64,000 bases of DNA, from assembly GCA_964589445.1 (NCBI GenBank), contig CAZPQX010000001.1, positions 28,600-92,599 on the forward strand. The letters are read 5' to 3'. Under the pieces are notes generated by a model that did not search any database, was not told the origin of the DNA, and saw only the letters and a list, made by a program, of their open reading frames with translations. Numbering within the stretch: the first letter of the stretch is position 1; each line of letters opens with the position of its first letter. The position numbers and the translations under genes are program-made. Positions 38,777 through 49,100 of this stretch are shown here, piece by piece. The DNA comes from an uncultured Candidatus Saccharibacteria bacterium. Its GTDB lineage: Bacteria; Patescibacteriota; Minisyncoccia; Phycocordibacterales; WO2-35-19.

Positions 38777-39298
38777 CTACTTATTATTTGGAGTGCCAAA
38801 CATTTGGACGACGAAGACAGCTTCCCTGCCCTTATACATACCAGTTGAAGTAGCTATACCTATCTCTTTATAGCGAGGATTTATGATATTCAAAAAGTGA
38901 CCTCGTGATTTGACCCAAGCAGTATGCACCTCCTCACTATCGGTAAAGTTTACAGCCAAGTTTTCACCTGCATATTCGTACCTATATCCAGCCTGGTCTA
39001 TCCAATACCAAGGTGTCTTCCCATCTGGGCTATTGTGAGCAAAGTAGCCTTTTGAAGCCATGTCGTTGGCCTTCATCTGTGCTGCAAGCTCTAAATCTCT
39101 GTTTACAGTGAGTTTCTCGGCATTATTGAGACTTCGCTCATCATTGGCCAAAGCGACGAGTACAGAGCCATATACAGCCGAAAGAGAGTCTATTACTGCC
39201 CCTCTAAAACCTGAAAACACACTTATACCCACGACAAATGCTGCGATTATCCCTATTCCAATTTTTAGCTTCATAATTTCTTTTTTACCCTTAGTCAT
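38777..39298 (-). CDS. CAP/SCP (PR-1-like) domain secreted protein
   Basis: 173 aa; N-terminal anchor; 'GYFAHNSPDG', 'GENLAVNF', 'HTAWVKSRGHFLNIINPRYKEIGIA' are typical of the CAP superfamily. Confidence 0.75.
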   Translation of the reverse strand: MTKGKKEIMKLKIGIGIIAAFVVGISVFSGFRGAVIDSLSAVYGSVLVALANDERSLNNAEKLTVNRDLELAAQMKANDMASKGYFAHNSPDGKTPWYWIDQAGYRYEYAGENLAVNFTDSEEVHTAWVKSRGHFLNIINPRYKEIGIATSTGMYKGREAVFVVQMFGTPNNK

Positions 39299-39379
39299 TA
39301 AGACCTGAATTTTAACATTTTATATTGTCTAAAACAAAATAAGTCAAATAGCCTTATGTGTAGAGATTAAAAATATAAA

Positions 39380-39650
39380 AAGAAAATGCCCCGGGTGGGA
39401 CATTATGGTGTGGAAAGTCAGAGGCAGCATACGTCTTGCGGAGTAGATGGGAGTGCCACCCCTGACTTCCACCCCTTAAGTATATCACTAAGCCAACCTC
39501 CTGTCAAAGTCAATTTTGATATAAAAAAATGCCCCGGAGATAAACCTCGCGGGACAATATGGTGGAGCCGGGGATGGCAGGAAAGGGTCGTGGACGCCAC
39601 TTTTGGATTGGAGTTGCCACCCCCAAGCTCCATGGAAGAAACCATAGACA
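39380..39650 (+). ncRNA. two tandem, related GC-rich small structured RNA candidates (~110-130 nt each)
   Basis: Each unit starts 'aaaATGCCCCGG', shares 'GGGACAwTATGGTG' and a 3' 'GAGTtGCCACCCC...TCCA' block, and is preceded by a TATAAA -10-like box. Stems co-vary (unit A GGAAAGTCAG/CTGACTTCC vs unit B GGAGC/GCTCC at the equivalent position). Unit B's ATG runs into a stop after 4 codons and the two units are out of frame, which argues against coding. Confidence 0.3.
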
Positions 39651-39851
39651 GAAAATAAGTCAACAAAAAAGACTACCCAAGTGGTAGTCGGGCAGTTGGA
39701 TGGGAAGGTGTGGTGGTACTGAAGTTGCGCGTCCAGCAGCCATGACATGTCCCTCCTACATCCAACCGCTCCATAACAATACAAGATTATAAAAACAAGT
39801 CAATTTTATTGAAATTAAGCCTATAATTTGTTAAATTGTTCTAGTAGTATC

Positions 39852-39924
39852 GCGCGGTTAGCTCAGTTGGTAGAGCGCGTCATTGACGTTGACGATGCCG
39901 GGGGTTCGAATCCCTCACCGCGCA
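39852..39924 (+). tRNA. tRNA-Val (anticodon GAC)
   Basis: Manual fold: acceptor GCGCGGT/ACCGCGC, D-stem GCTC/GAGC, anticodon stem CGTCA/TGACG with loop TTGACGT, T-arm GGGGG-TTCGAAT-CCCTC, discriminator A. Confidence 0.9.
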
Positions 39925-39952
39925 CAAAAATTTGCGTAGCAGAATTTTTGTG

Positions 39953-40100
39953 CGCGGTAGCAAAGCAACTGCTTGCTTTGCGTGGGGATTCGAAAAGATT
40001 TTTGATATTTTTTCAGCAGAAAAAATCAAAAATCTGGGGCTGAGGAAAAATTTTGTGACGACAAAATTTTGAGGTGGCCAAATCCCTCACCGCGCACAGC
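39953..40100 (+). other. degenerate tRNA-Val-like copy / att-type direct repeat of the tRNA 3' end
   Basis: 'gcgcggtagc...gtggggattcgaa' mimics the tRNA 5' half. A ~95-nt insert follows, containing the inverted repeat gatttttgat/atcaaaaatc. Then 'aatccctcaccgcgcaca' exactly repeats the 3' 18 nt of tRNA-Val (39909-39926). Confidence 0.4.
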
Positions 40101-40104
40101 GCAA

Positions 40105-40140
40105 AATTAAAACCGGTTTTGATACCGGTTTTAATTTTTG
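40105..40140. terminator. perfect 15-bp inverted repeat hairpin (aaaattaaaaccggt/accggttttaatttt)
   Basis: Read directly; flanked by A/T runs on both sides, so possibly a bidirectional terminator. Confidence 0.4.
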
Positions 40141-40192
40141 TGCATATACACAAATGCAATATCCCCGCTCTTAATATAGAAGCTAGGCAGTC

Positions 40193-41410
40193 GTGAGTTA
40201 TAATAACCATGTGAGAAAAAAGAAAAAAATTTTAAATCTAAACAAAAGATTTGCCCTCTACTCCTTCCTATCTCTCCTCTCTATTGTTTTTTTCGCCTCT
40301 GGCATTTCTTACTTAAATAGAGATATTTATAAACCAGTGCCTCACCGCAATAGCGTAGACACCAAAGTTTCAATAAGTGGCATGCGGGAAGTGTCTAATC
40401 GAGTCAAAAATACGAACCCGGAATTTAAAAGCCTCACCTGGGCTGAAACAAAACAACCCAGCCTTTTCGAAAACCAGCTCGCAGCAGTAGCGAGAGCCAT
40501 CAAATCTTTGGCACCTCAAAACCCTGAGCCACTAGAAATGGGTAGTTGGGTCTGGACTCCAAACAAATACCTTACAAAAAGTTATGTGGATCAACTCATC
40601 TCTGGAGCAAAATCAAACGGTATAAATGTCATCTATCTCGCAGTAGATTCATATATCGATATCTTTGAAATGCCGAAAGGCGAAGAGAGAAACGCAGCCA
40701 AAAAAATATTTGACGACAACACAGAGTATTTTATAAAAAAGGCAAACGAGTCAGACATACAAGTCGACGCCATGGCGGGTTGGCAAAACTGGTCAGAGCC
40801 AGGCAACGAATACAAAGGCCTCATAGTCATGAACTACGCAAAAAGCTTCAATACCAAAAGTGAATACAAATTCCGAGGTTTCCAATACGATGTTGAGCCA
40901 TATTTACTTCCAAAATACAAAGAAAATCCAGAAGAAGTACTCAAAAATTTTGTCTCCTTTGTAGATAATTCAGAAAAATTTTTGAAAGATAGCGACCTGA
41001 GATTCTCGATAGTTGTGCCGGACTACTATGACGAAGGCGACGGCATGACACCCAAATTCAAATACGGAGGTGTAAACACATTTGCCTTCAAACACCTGCT
41101 CAATATTTTAGACAGGAGAGAAAATAGCTCTATCATACTCATGTCATACCGAAACTTCGCCGAAGGTCCAGACGGCTCGATAGAGGTGAGTAGAAATGAG
41201 ATAAACACCGGCCTTCGCGGCAGACACAATACCAAAATAATAGTAGCTCAAGAGACTGGCGACTTCCCTCCTCCTTACATCACATTCCACAACACATCCA
41301 AAAGGTACTTTGACGAAGAGGTGAGCAAAATAGAAGCTTCCCTCGGTAAACACAGGAACTTTGGTGGCATATCTATACATTACATCAACTCATTCTTGGC
41401 ACTTAAGTAA
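40193..41410 (+). CDS. membrane-anchored extracytoplasmic hypothetical protein (possible TIM-barrel glycosidase-like fold)
   Basis: 405 aa; N-terminal TM; 'GSWVWTPNKY...GINVIYLAVDSY' resembles GH-like families; no confident assignment. Confidence 0.45.
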   Translation: MSYNNHVRKKKKILNLNKRFALYSFLSLLSIVFFASGISYLNRDIYKPVPHRNSVDTKVSISGMREVSNRVKNTNPEFKSLTWAETKQPSLFENQLAAVARAIKSLAPQNPEPLEMGSWVWTPNKYLTKSYVDQLISGAKSNGINVIYLAVDSYIDIFEMPKGEERNAAKKIFDDNTEYFIKKANESDIQVDAMAGWQNWSEPGNEYKGLIVMNYAKSFNTKSEYKFRGFQYDVEPYLLPKYKENPEEVLKNFVSFVDNSEKFLKDSDLRFSIVVPDYYDEGDGMTPKFKYGGVNTFAFKHLLNILDRRENSSIILMSYRNFAEGPDGSIEVSRNEINTGLRGRHNTKIIVAQETGDFPPPYITFHNTSKRYFDEEVSKIEASLGKHRNFGGISIHYINSFLALK

Positions 41411-41447
41411 ATTTGTGTTAATAATTTAAAGTAAAATATAATACTTT

Positions 41448-42485
41448 ATGGATATTGTTTCCTTTAAAGAAGCATTTGACCCCCTACTTGCCCGCCACCT
41501 TGCGTATAAAACTGACTGCTACAAAAAAATAACCCAGAACCAAGAAATACTAGAAATACTTAGTCATATAAATGAGATAAGCAAAGGAGGCAAAAGACTA
41601 AGGCCTTTTATTATTTATTCAATATACAAAACCCGCAATCCACAATCACAAATAGAAGAAATACTAGATCTTCTTTTAGCTATAGAAATATTTCATATAT
41701 TTTGTCTCGTACATGACGACATTATGGACGAAGCAGACCTGCGCCATGGCAAAAAAACAGTACACAAATATACCGAGGATATATTGAAAGAAAAAAACAG
41801 AATAAACACAAAAAGAGTTTCAGAGGGCCAAGCCATCCTAGTGGGCGATATTTTGTTTAATGCCGTCTATGAGCTTTTGTACAAAGACAGCTGGGCGGGA
41901 GATATGGAAACCAAAAACAAAATAATAAATATTTTTACAGAGCTAGTAGACGAGGTTTGTGTCGGCCAGATGATAGATATAAATATAGTTTCAAAAAAAG
42001 ATTGTAGCCTAGAAGAAATAATGGAAAAAACAAAGCTCAAAACAGCTTACTATTCCTTTGCGAGACCGATACAAATCGGCTTCGCGCTCGTGGGAGAAGA
42101 GCATTCTTTTACAAATGAGTTCGGGGAAAATATAGGCATACTCTTCCAAATACAAGATGATTTGCTCGATATAATCGGCAAACAAGAAGAAACAAATAAA
42201 AATACCCTCTCTGACGTACTCAAAAACCAACACACACTACTCACTGACTACATAAACAATAAAGCAGAAGCACGATATAGAGAATCCCTAAAAAATATAG
42301 AGAATTTAAAAAGAGATGAGATAATAAACCTCTTCGTTCAGTCAGGTGCAACAAATCACGCAAAACAAATCATAGAAGATTATAATAAAAAATGTATTTC
42401 AATAATACAAAATTCTGACATAAGCGAGAGCGACAAAAATATATTCAAATACCTAACTTCCCTCTTACAAAACAGGACAAAATAA
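41448..42485 (+). CDS. polyprenyl diphosphate synthase (GGPP-synthase type)
   Basis: 345 aa; first Asp-rich motif 'LVHDDIMDEADLRHG' and second 'FQIQDDLLDI'. Confidence 0.85.
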   Translation: MDIVSFKEAFDPLLARHLAYKTDCYKKITQNQEILEILSHINEISKGGKRLRPFIIYSIYKTRNPQSQIEEILDLLLAIEIFHIFCLVHDDIMDEADLRHGKKTVHKYTEDILKEKNRINTKRVSEGQAILVGDILFNAVYELLYKDSWAGDMETKNKIINIFTELVDEVCVGQMIDINIVSKKDCSLEEIMEKTKLKTAYYSFARPIQIGFALVGEEHSFTNEFGENIGILFQIQDDLLDIIGKQEETNKNTLSDVLKNQHTLLTDYINNKAEARYRESLKNIENLKRDEIINLFVQSGATNHAKQIIEDYNKKCISIIQNSDISESDKNIFKYLTSLLQNRTK

Positions 42486-43327
42486 TGAAAAAAGACACAA
42501 TAGAACTGGCAAGAAAAATAGAGAAAAAGCACGGCACCAGCTACTACATAGCCACACTTTTTTTGCCTGAAGAAATAAAAAGAGAGGTTTTTGTGCTTTA
42601 CGCATTCGTGAGGACTCCGGACGAATACGTAGACAACCCAAAAGTGGGCGAAGATCCAAAGCAAAAATTGGATGAATGGAAAAAAGAATGGCAAAACACA
42701 TTTGAGACAGGAGTAGGTCAAAACAAAATACTCCTAGCCACAAGGGAAATATTTAAAAAGTACAAAATACCTTTTGAACTTAGCATTGAATTTATAGATT
42801 CAATGATCCAAGACTTAAATATAAACAGATACGAAACATACGATGAGCTGCGACAGTACATGCGAGGTTCTGCAGAGAGCGTGGGGGTCATGCTTACATA
42901 TATATTTGGCTATACTGAGCCGCAGGCTTTCATTTATGCGAGGAAGCTAGGCGAAGCGATGCAGCTCACCAACTTCCTTAGAGACATAAAAGAAGACTAT
43001 TTTGATAGAAATAGGATATATGTGCCAAGAGAGTACATGCAAAAATTTGGCATAACAGAAGAAGATATAAAGAACCAAAATGTGAATCCTGATTTTAGAG
43101 AAATGATGTTTTTCCTAATTGAAAAAGCTCGCGCAATATACAGACAGTCTGATGAGGGCATAAATATGCTCTCTCCCAAAACCCAATTTGCCGTCAGAGC
43201 AGCTTCACGACTCTATGAGAAGATTTTGGATAAAATAGAAAACCAAAATTACAATATTTATAAGCAGAGAGCTAGGACGAACTTTTTAGAAAAAGTGTGG
43301 CTAATATCAAAATCATATGTCAAATAA
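42485..43327 (+). CDS. crtB: phytoene/squalene synthase family (CrtB-like)
   Basis: 280 aa; 'YAFVRTPDEYVDN' and 'LTNFLRDIKEDYFDRNRIYVPRE' are conserved motifs of the family; start overlaps the upstream stop. Confidence 0.8.
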   Translation: MKKDTIELARKIEKKHGTSYYIATLFLPEEIKREVFVLYAFVRTPDEYVDNPKVGEDPKQKLDEWKKEWQNTFETGVGQNKILLATREIFKKYKIPFELSIEFIDSMIQDLNINRYETYDELRQYMRGSAESVGVMLTYIFGYTEPQAFIYARKLGEAMQLTNFLRDIKEDYFDRNRIYVPREYMQKFGITEEDIKNQNVNPDFREMMFFLIEKARAIYRQSDEGINMLSPKTQFAVRAASRLYEKILDKIENQNYNIYKQRARTNFLEKVWLISKSYVK

Positions 43328-44822
43328 AAAAGTAATAATAGTGGGTGCTGGCTTTGGAGGACTTTCTTTGGCCGCCATACTTTCAAAAAAAGGTTTTGAT
43401 GTTTCTATTTATGAAAAAAACGAGCAAATCGGAGGCAGAGCCCGAGTGATAAAAGAAAATGGCTACACATTTGATATGGGGCCTTCTTGGTACATGATGC
43501 CCGATGTTTTTGAAAACTTCTTTGATATTTTAGGAGAAAATATATCTGACTACATTAGCCTCAAAAGACTCTCCCCTTCTTATAGAGTCTACTTCAAGGG
43601 AAATAAAAAGCCGTATGATTTTTATTCTGATCGAGAAAAGAACACCAAGATTTTTGAAGAGATAGAGCCCGGCTCATCAAAAAAGCTTTTTGAATATTTG
43701 GATGAATCCAAGAGACAATACCAAATAGCCAAAAAAGAGTTTATGTACAAAAACTATGATTCTATTTTTGATTTCTTCAACAAGAGAGTCATGAAAGAAG
43801 GCAGGCGGCTCGAGATATTCAACTCGATGAAAAGGATAATAGAAAGAACGGTAAAATCTGAAGTGTTAAGAAAGGTTTTGCAATTTCACATGGTGTTCCT
43901 AGGCACAGCACCCAAAGACGCGCCAGGTATTTATAGACTGATGAACCATGTAGATTTTGATATGGGTGTTTGGTACCCAGACAAAGGTATTTATGAATTA
44001 CCCAAGGCGATAGCCAAAGTAGCAGAAAAATATGGGACCAAAATACATTTAAACTCCCCAGTAAGAAAAATAATAGTTGAGAACAAAAAAGCTACCGGTA
44101 TCGAGCTTGATTCGGGAGAAAAAGTTTTTGCAGATATCGTGGTCTCCAACGCAGACTTACACCATACAGAAGAAAAGCTCTTAGGAGAAGAGTTTAGAGA
44201 GAGAAGTGAAAAGTTTTGGAGTAAAAAGAAGATGGCACCGAGCGCCTTTATCATGTACCTCGGAGTAAACAAAAAGTATGACTCCCTCGCCCACCACACC
44301 CTGCTCTTCTCCAAAGATTGGGATCTAAATTTTGCACAAATATTTGATAAGGCCAAATTCCCCGACGACCCTTCGATATATGTGTGTGCTCCAGGCAAGA
44401 CAGACCCTTCTGTGGCACCCGAAGGCAAAGAAAACATATTTGTTCTCGTCCCCATAGCTTCAGATCTAAAATACACAGAAAAAGAAATCGGCGAATGGAG
44501 AAATAAAGTAATAAAAATACTCGAAGAAAATATGGGGCTCGACGGACTCTCTCAAACAATAGAATACGAAAAAATATATTGCGTCAAAGATTTTGAAAAA
44601 GACTACAACAGCTACAAAGGCAGCGGCCTCGGACTTGCCCACACACTCATGCAGTCTGCATTCTTTAGACCAAACAACGTATCCAAAAAAGTTAAGGATT
44701 TGTATTTCGTAGGTGCTGGCACCAACCCAGGCATCGGCATGCCTATATGTGTCATATCAGCTGAAACTGTCTACAAGAGGATAATGGGCATACAAGACCC
44801 AGAGCCCATAAAGGAAGTCTAA
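43317..44822 (+). CDS. crtI: phytoene desaturase (CrtI family)
   Basis: 501 aa; FAD fold 'KKVIIVGAGFGGLSLAAILSKKGFDVSIYEKNEQIGGRA'; C-terminal 'YFVGAGTNPGIGMP'. Confidence 0.85.
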   Translation: MSNKKVIIVGAGFGGLSLAAILSKKGFDVSIYEKNEQIGGRARVIKENGYTFDMGPSWYMMPDVFENFFDILGENISDYISLKRLSPSYRVYFKGNKKPYDFYSDREKNTKIFEEIEPGSSKKLFEYLDESKRQYQIAKKEFMYKNYDSIFDFFNKRVMKEGRRLEIFNSMKRIIERTVKSEVLRKVLQFHMVFLGTAPKDAPGIYRLMNHVDFDMGVWYPDKGIYELPKAIAKVAEKYGTKIHLNSPVRKIIVENKKATGIELDSGEKVFADIVVSNADLHHTEEKLLGEEFRERSEKFWSKKKMAPSAFIMYLGVNKKYDSLAHHTLLFSKDWDLNFAQIFDKAKFPDDPSIYVCAPGKTDPSVAPEGKENIFVLVPIASDLKYTEKEIGEWRNKVIKILEENMGLDGLSQTIEYEKIYCVKDFEKDYNSYKGSGLGLAHTLMQSAFFRPNNVSKKVKDLYFVGAGTNPGIGMPICVISAETVYKRIMGIQDPEPIKEV

Positions 44823-45658
44823 AAAACTTTTAAGGCTATAACGAAAAATATGATCATCCCCACCAAAGAATTTAACTTTGGGAAATGTTTATATAATTCA
44901 AAAAGCTTAGCCTCCCCCGCGTCATAAGATTTAAACATCAAAAATATATACGGGAGAGAGAGTACCACCCCGAGATAAGAGATATAAGGCAAAACCAAAA
45001 GACCAGACAAAAGATAAAGAGCAGCACACAAAATAATAGTCTTCTTTTTTTCGAGCTTTGTCGCTATTGTCTCTATCCCCGATTCTCTGTCGGCAAATAT
45101 GTCGGGCACGGCAGAGTATGCATGCATCGCCATCGCCCAACAAATACCAGATATTACAGGCAATACGATACTCCCCTCACCACCTACAAGGAAATACCCA
45201 AACACACCAGTGACGACATAGTGGCTCGCAGAAAAGAAGCTATCGAGCACAGGTCTTACCTTAGCCCTTATAGGCGGAGCAGAATAAAAGGTGGCAAAAA
45301 AGTAAAATAAAATCAGGGCCACAAATGCTTTAACAGAAACAAAAAATGACAAAATAAAGAAAGGTAAATTGGTTATAAATATATAGAAAAATACTTTTTT
45401 GTGGAGAGAAGGATTGAGCAAGTCTTCATAACCAGTCTTTTTGGGGTTCAATTTATCAGTCTCGTAGTCAAAGATATCGTTGATACCATAAATGAGTAGG
45501 TTGGCTGGGAATATAAAAAACAATCCAAAAATGAGTATGTAAAAATAGTTTGGTTGCTCTAAGGCAGACATGCCCGCAAAAACTCCGAGCAAATAAGTGC
45601 CAAATTCATATATCCAAAACCTCGGCCTAGAAATATTAAGTATTTTTGATATTTTCAT
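44819..45658 (-). CDS. UbiA-family prenyltransferase (carotenoid/lipid prenylation)
   Basis: 279 aa; ~8 TM; 'NDIFDYETDKLNPKK' is the UbiA Asp-rich motif; convergent with and abutting the crt genes. Confidence 0.7.
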   Translation of the reverse strand: MKISKILNISRPRFWIYEFGTYLLGVFAGMSALEQPNYFYILIFGLFFIFPANLLIYGINDIFDYETDKLNPKKTGYEDLLNPSLHKKVFFYIFITNLPFFILSFFVSVKAFVALILFYFFATFYSAPPIRAKVRPVLDSFFSASHYVVTGVFGYFLVGGEGSIVLPVISGICWAMAMHAYSAVPDIFADRESGIETIATKLEKKKTIILCAALYLLSGLLVLPYISYLGVVLSLPYIFLMFKSYDAGEAKLFELYKHFPKLNSLVGMIIFFVIALKVF

Positions 45659-46101
45659 ATTATTTCTGTTTTATACTTCTTTTTCATTTCCGCAAGCGTT
45701 TCTTCTATAATAAATTTTAGCACTTTCAGATCGATATCCGCCACACTTTTTATAGCAAGGCATGATTTGCCTGAAATTTTATACTTCCCGAGCTTTTCAA
45801 TGTCTTTTTTATAACTCTCCCAACCAATGATGTTGTATAGAGTGAAGCCCGTTTTAGAGACAGCAAAGCCTGTCATAAGGTATGAATGTTCCCCTCCTTT
45901 ACTGTCCAAGTAATGATATTTCCCAAACCCAAAGATTTTATTCCACATCACGCACGGTGAGCCAGTAGCTTTTGAGTACAGGTCAACCAAAGCCAACGCT
46001 TCGCTCTGCACTTTTTCCTTACCCTTAAAGTTTTCTTTCAAATATTTTTCAGGGCTAATGGTTGTTGGTTGTGTTTTGTTGGTGTAGGTCATAATGTTCA
46101 T
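45655..46101 (-). CDS. DUF1801 (YdhG-like) domain protein
   Basis: 148 aa; pattern matches DUF1801. Confidence 0.55.
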   Translation of the reverse strand: MNIMTYTNKTQPTTISPEKYLKENFKGKEKVQSEALALVDLYSKATGSPCVMWNKIFGFGKYHYLDSKGGEHSYLMTGFAVSKTGFTLYNIIGWESYKKDIEKLGKYKISGKSCLAIKSVADIDLKVLKFIIEETLAEMKKKYKTEII

Positions 46102-49100
46102 TTATTTTTTTGATCGTATCAAGTACCGGCGGATTACTTACACCCTCGGGAATCACAGGATCTGTGTCCTCAGGACTTAGACCCATTGCATCTGGATCAG
46201 TTGTACCTATTTCCCAAGCGTTCTTATTTATAAAACTACTTTTTACAATACCGTGATCAAAAAATATCTTAGGGGGAAAAGACTGTTTATCCTTTATAAA
46301 AGATGGTGCAATGAGATAAAAACCCCATCGCTTAAAGCTATTTATAAAGCCATTAAGATTGTTTAGAGACTGAGGAGTCATTGTATGTGTTCTTCCAGCA
46401 TTTAACACTAGTTTTCCTTTTGACTCTTCGGCATTAGCGAAGTTTGTTGATATTACAAACCTATACCAAAGTGGATTTTTCTTAGAAAAGCCCATTATTG
46501 TCGTTACTCGCATTCTATTTTCGGGGTCTTCTTTTCCAAGAAGTTCTTGCCAGTTTTTAAAGATGGCTTTTGCTTTGTCTTCGTTTGTGAACATTACCGC
46601 TAGGACTGGAGGTTCGTCTGGCGCAACAAGATAAGCAATGCCCTCCCATCCAGCCTCATCCCAAAGATGCGCCTCGATAATTGAGATGTTTTCCATCTGA
46701 TCATGACGTATAGCTTTTCTATCTTTAGCATCTTTCTCGTCCCTTTCATCAGGGTCATCTCTTAACTGCTTCAATAAATCATGTTTTATCTTCCCAGCCT
46801 CGGATTCGTTATATTCATATTTCTTGTTTGTTTCAGTAATCCATTCTTTGATATCTCTCTTAGGTTTGTATCCTAAAACATTACCCTGAACAACTAGTGG
46901 CGACGCGAATGTAAAAGCTCGCACACTAACCTCTTCGTCTCGAAAAAGCTTTTCAAGGTCAGTGTGTGCATCTCTGAATGAAATCGAGTGTCCAATAATA
47001 TTAACCACTGCATCAAACATATCCTTGTAAATACTTTCTTGTTCGGATCGTTTAAGAGAATGAGGATTAAAGTCTCCACAAGTTATATTAAATGTAACAG
47101 CTCCATCCTTTTTTACCTCATGAGAAACTTTAATACCCAGAGCCTCATCTTTAGTGATTGTAATGCTCACAACACTTTTATTCCCATGAGAGTCCATTTC
47201 TACAGTCGTAGCCAAAAATCCCTCAAGAGAAGCAAGGATGTATTCTCCAATTTCAATATTTGGGCTGCAGTTCTTAGTTTTAACAATGAAAGTTGTTCCT
47301 AAAATAATAGATTTAAGTTCAACTTCATCATTGATGTAAAAAGATGGTTTGTCTGACAGTTGTGCTTGGCTCGGCTGAGTGAAATGTGAATCAAAGTATT
47401 CATCAATCTCCTGATCATTCATCTTTTCCAACAATACTTGCGGCAACGCCTTCTTTCCACATAATCGATATATCAAGGCATGCGCAGCAAGATCCAAATC
47501 CATACTCATCAAAGTATCTGGTAAAAACTCCAACGATGGCAAAACTTCTTCGGGAGTTTTAATCAATAGCAGTCCTAACTGAGCACCATAGAACATGTCA
47601 TCATGCAAGAGTTTTTCTTTCTCTTCATGACTCTTAATGAACTGACCATTCATTATGTGGTTAAGTTGATGCCACTCAAGAGAATATCCCACTCTACCCA
47701 AACGAAGCTCGAGTAATCTCAGCCGATCATACGAAAGTAATTGCAACTTATTAATCTCACTTTTACTATGAAAATCCATAGTCGTATATGATGCTGCGTG
47801 TAGCATGGCAGCCCTTGCGGCCCATAACAATCCAACAGCCTCATAGGTAAAAGATAGATGTGCAAGAGCAATTACAAGCCCATTTCTTTCTTCTTCTTTG
47901 TAGAGTGGAACCAATGATTTACCCAGACTTGAAATTGCTTTATAAAATCTTTTTCCATCTATGTGTTGCATTGATCGCTCCAAGATCACTCGTGCGGCCT
48001 CGGTCGAACTTTTTCTTTCAGAGATAACTTCTACCAGTTTATCCTGAAGTTTTTCAAAGCTTTCATTTCCAGAGTAAACATCATTTATTTCTCCAATTAG
48101 CGTGTAAATCCTTTCTAGAGGGAATCCGAGTAAGCCTTTGGAGCGATCGACAATGTCACTAATATTATTAAAGATTTCACTCATGGCATTCTGATCTTTT
48201 CTTGACCATGGGATCTCTAACATAATCAGCATAAACTCTGCTTGTAATGCCGCACTTGGTCTAGACTCATCGTTCTTGAATGCTTCAAGTTTCTCCTGAA
48301 CTATTTTCTTTTTCGAGTCCGTATAAGAAACCTCAACTTTATCTGTACTAGCTGCCAAAGTCCTCATTAGACCAAGTAAGTTATTGAGTCTTTCAACCAC
48401 TGAAAAATTGACAGTACCATCGGTTAGTGATTCGATTTCCTGATAGTTATTGATCAATATATCGTAATCGTTATACCAAAAATAAAGTGTCCATATTTCA
48501 TTATACTTTGCATTAAAACTTTGTTCAGAGGATCCGTATTTTTCCGCTAATCTTTTTGCACGAGCAAATAAACCTTCGACTTCTATCTTGGGTTTTTCCA
48601 TTTCAGCCGCTACAATTGCAGATGAAAGAGCATCGTCTACTATTGCAAAGTTAACTCTATCTTCTTGCACAGCCTCATCGATGCTTTTGTTCATTTTTTC
48701 AAAGGCAGCTTGTCGATCTGTATCCCTTGGTCCAATCCTTACAATCTCCTTGTAGGCAGGATCTATTTTGAGTTCCTCAATAGCAAGATATTGTAGTCTG
48801 TTCCCGAAGACCTTATCGATTATCCAAGTTCGATCATGTATCGTAACCGGGACACCATACTGTTTGGTTAGAGCATCTTCTACTTTTGCTCTCTGATCAG
48901 CCTTAACGAACCTGCTGGTTACAAAGAATAATCTTTTATAATCTCTGCCTACTTCGATCATTTTCTTTACGTCGCCATCAACCTTGGTTTTCCAATTTAC
49001 CGTTGTACTAAAAGCGAAGCCCCAACGTTCGTTAGGCACTTTTTCAACTCCGAAATAGTGTGTATCTTTAATTACTTCTGATACTGGTGCAGTTTCAGTA

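Noticed and set aside
39386-39784. ORFs 39386-39658(+), 39418-39666(-), 39488-39784(-) as protein genes
   Set aside because: Mutually overlapping on both strands in a GC-rich block. The duplicated unit is out of frame and hits a stop after 4 codons in copy B. Structured-RNA origin is more plausible.
39380-39800. Identification as RNase P RNA, tmRNA, SRP or 6S
   Set aside because: I looked for the GGAAAGTCCGG (P4), CCGGCTTA, tRNA-like GGGG...GCTCCACCA ends and SRP domain-IV motifs on both strands. Only weak partial resemblances appeared (e.g. GGAAAGTCAG), so the identity is left open.
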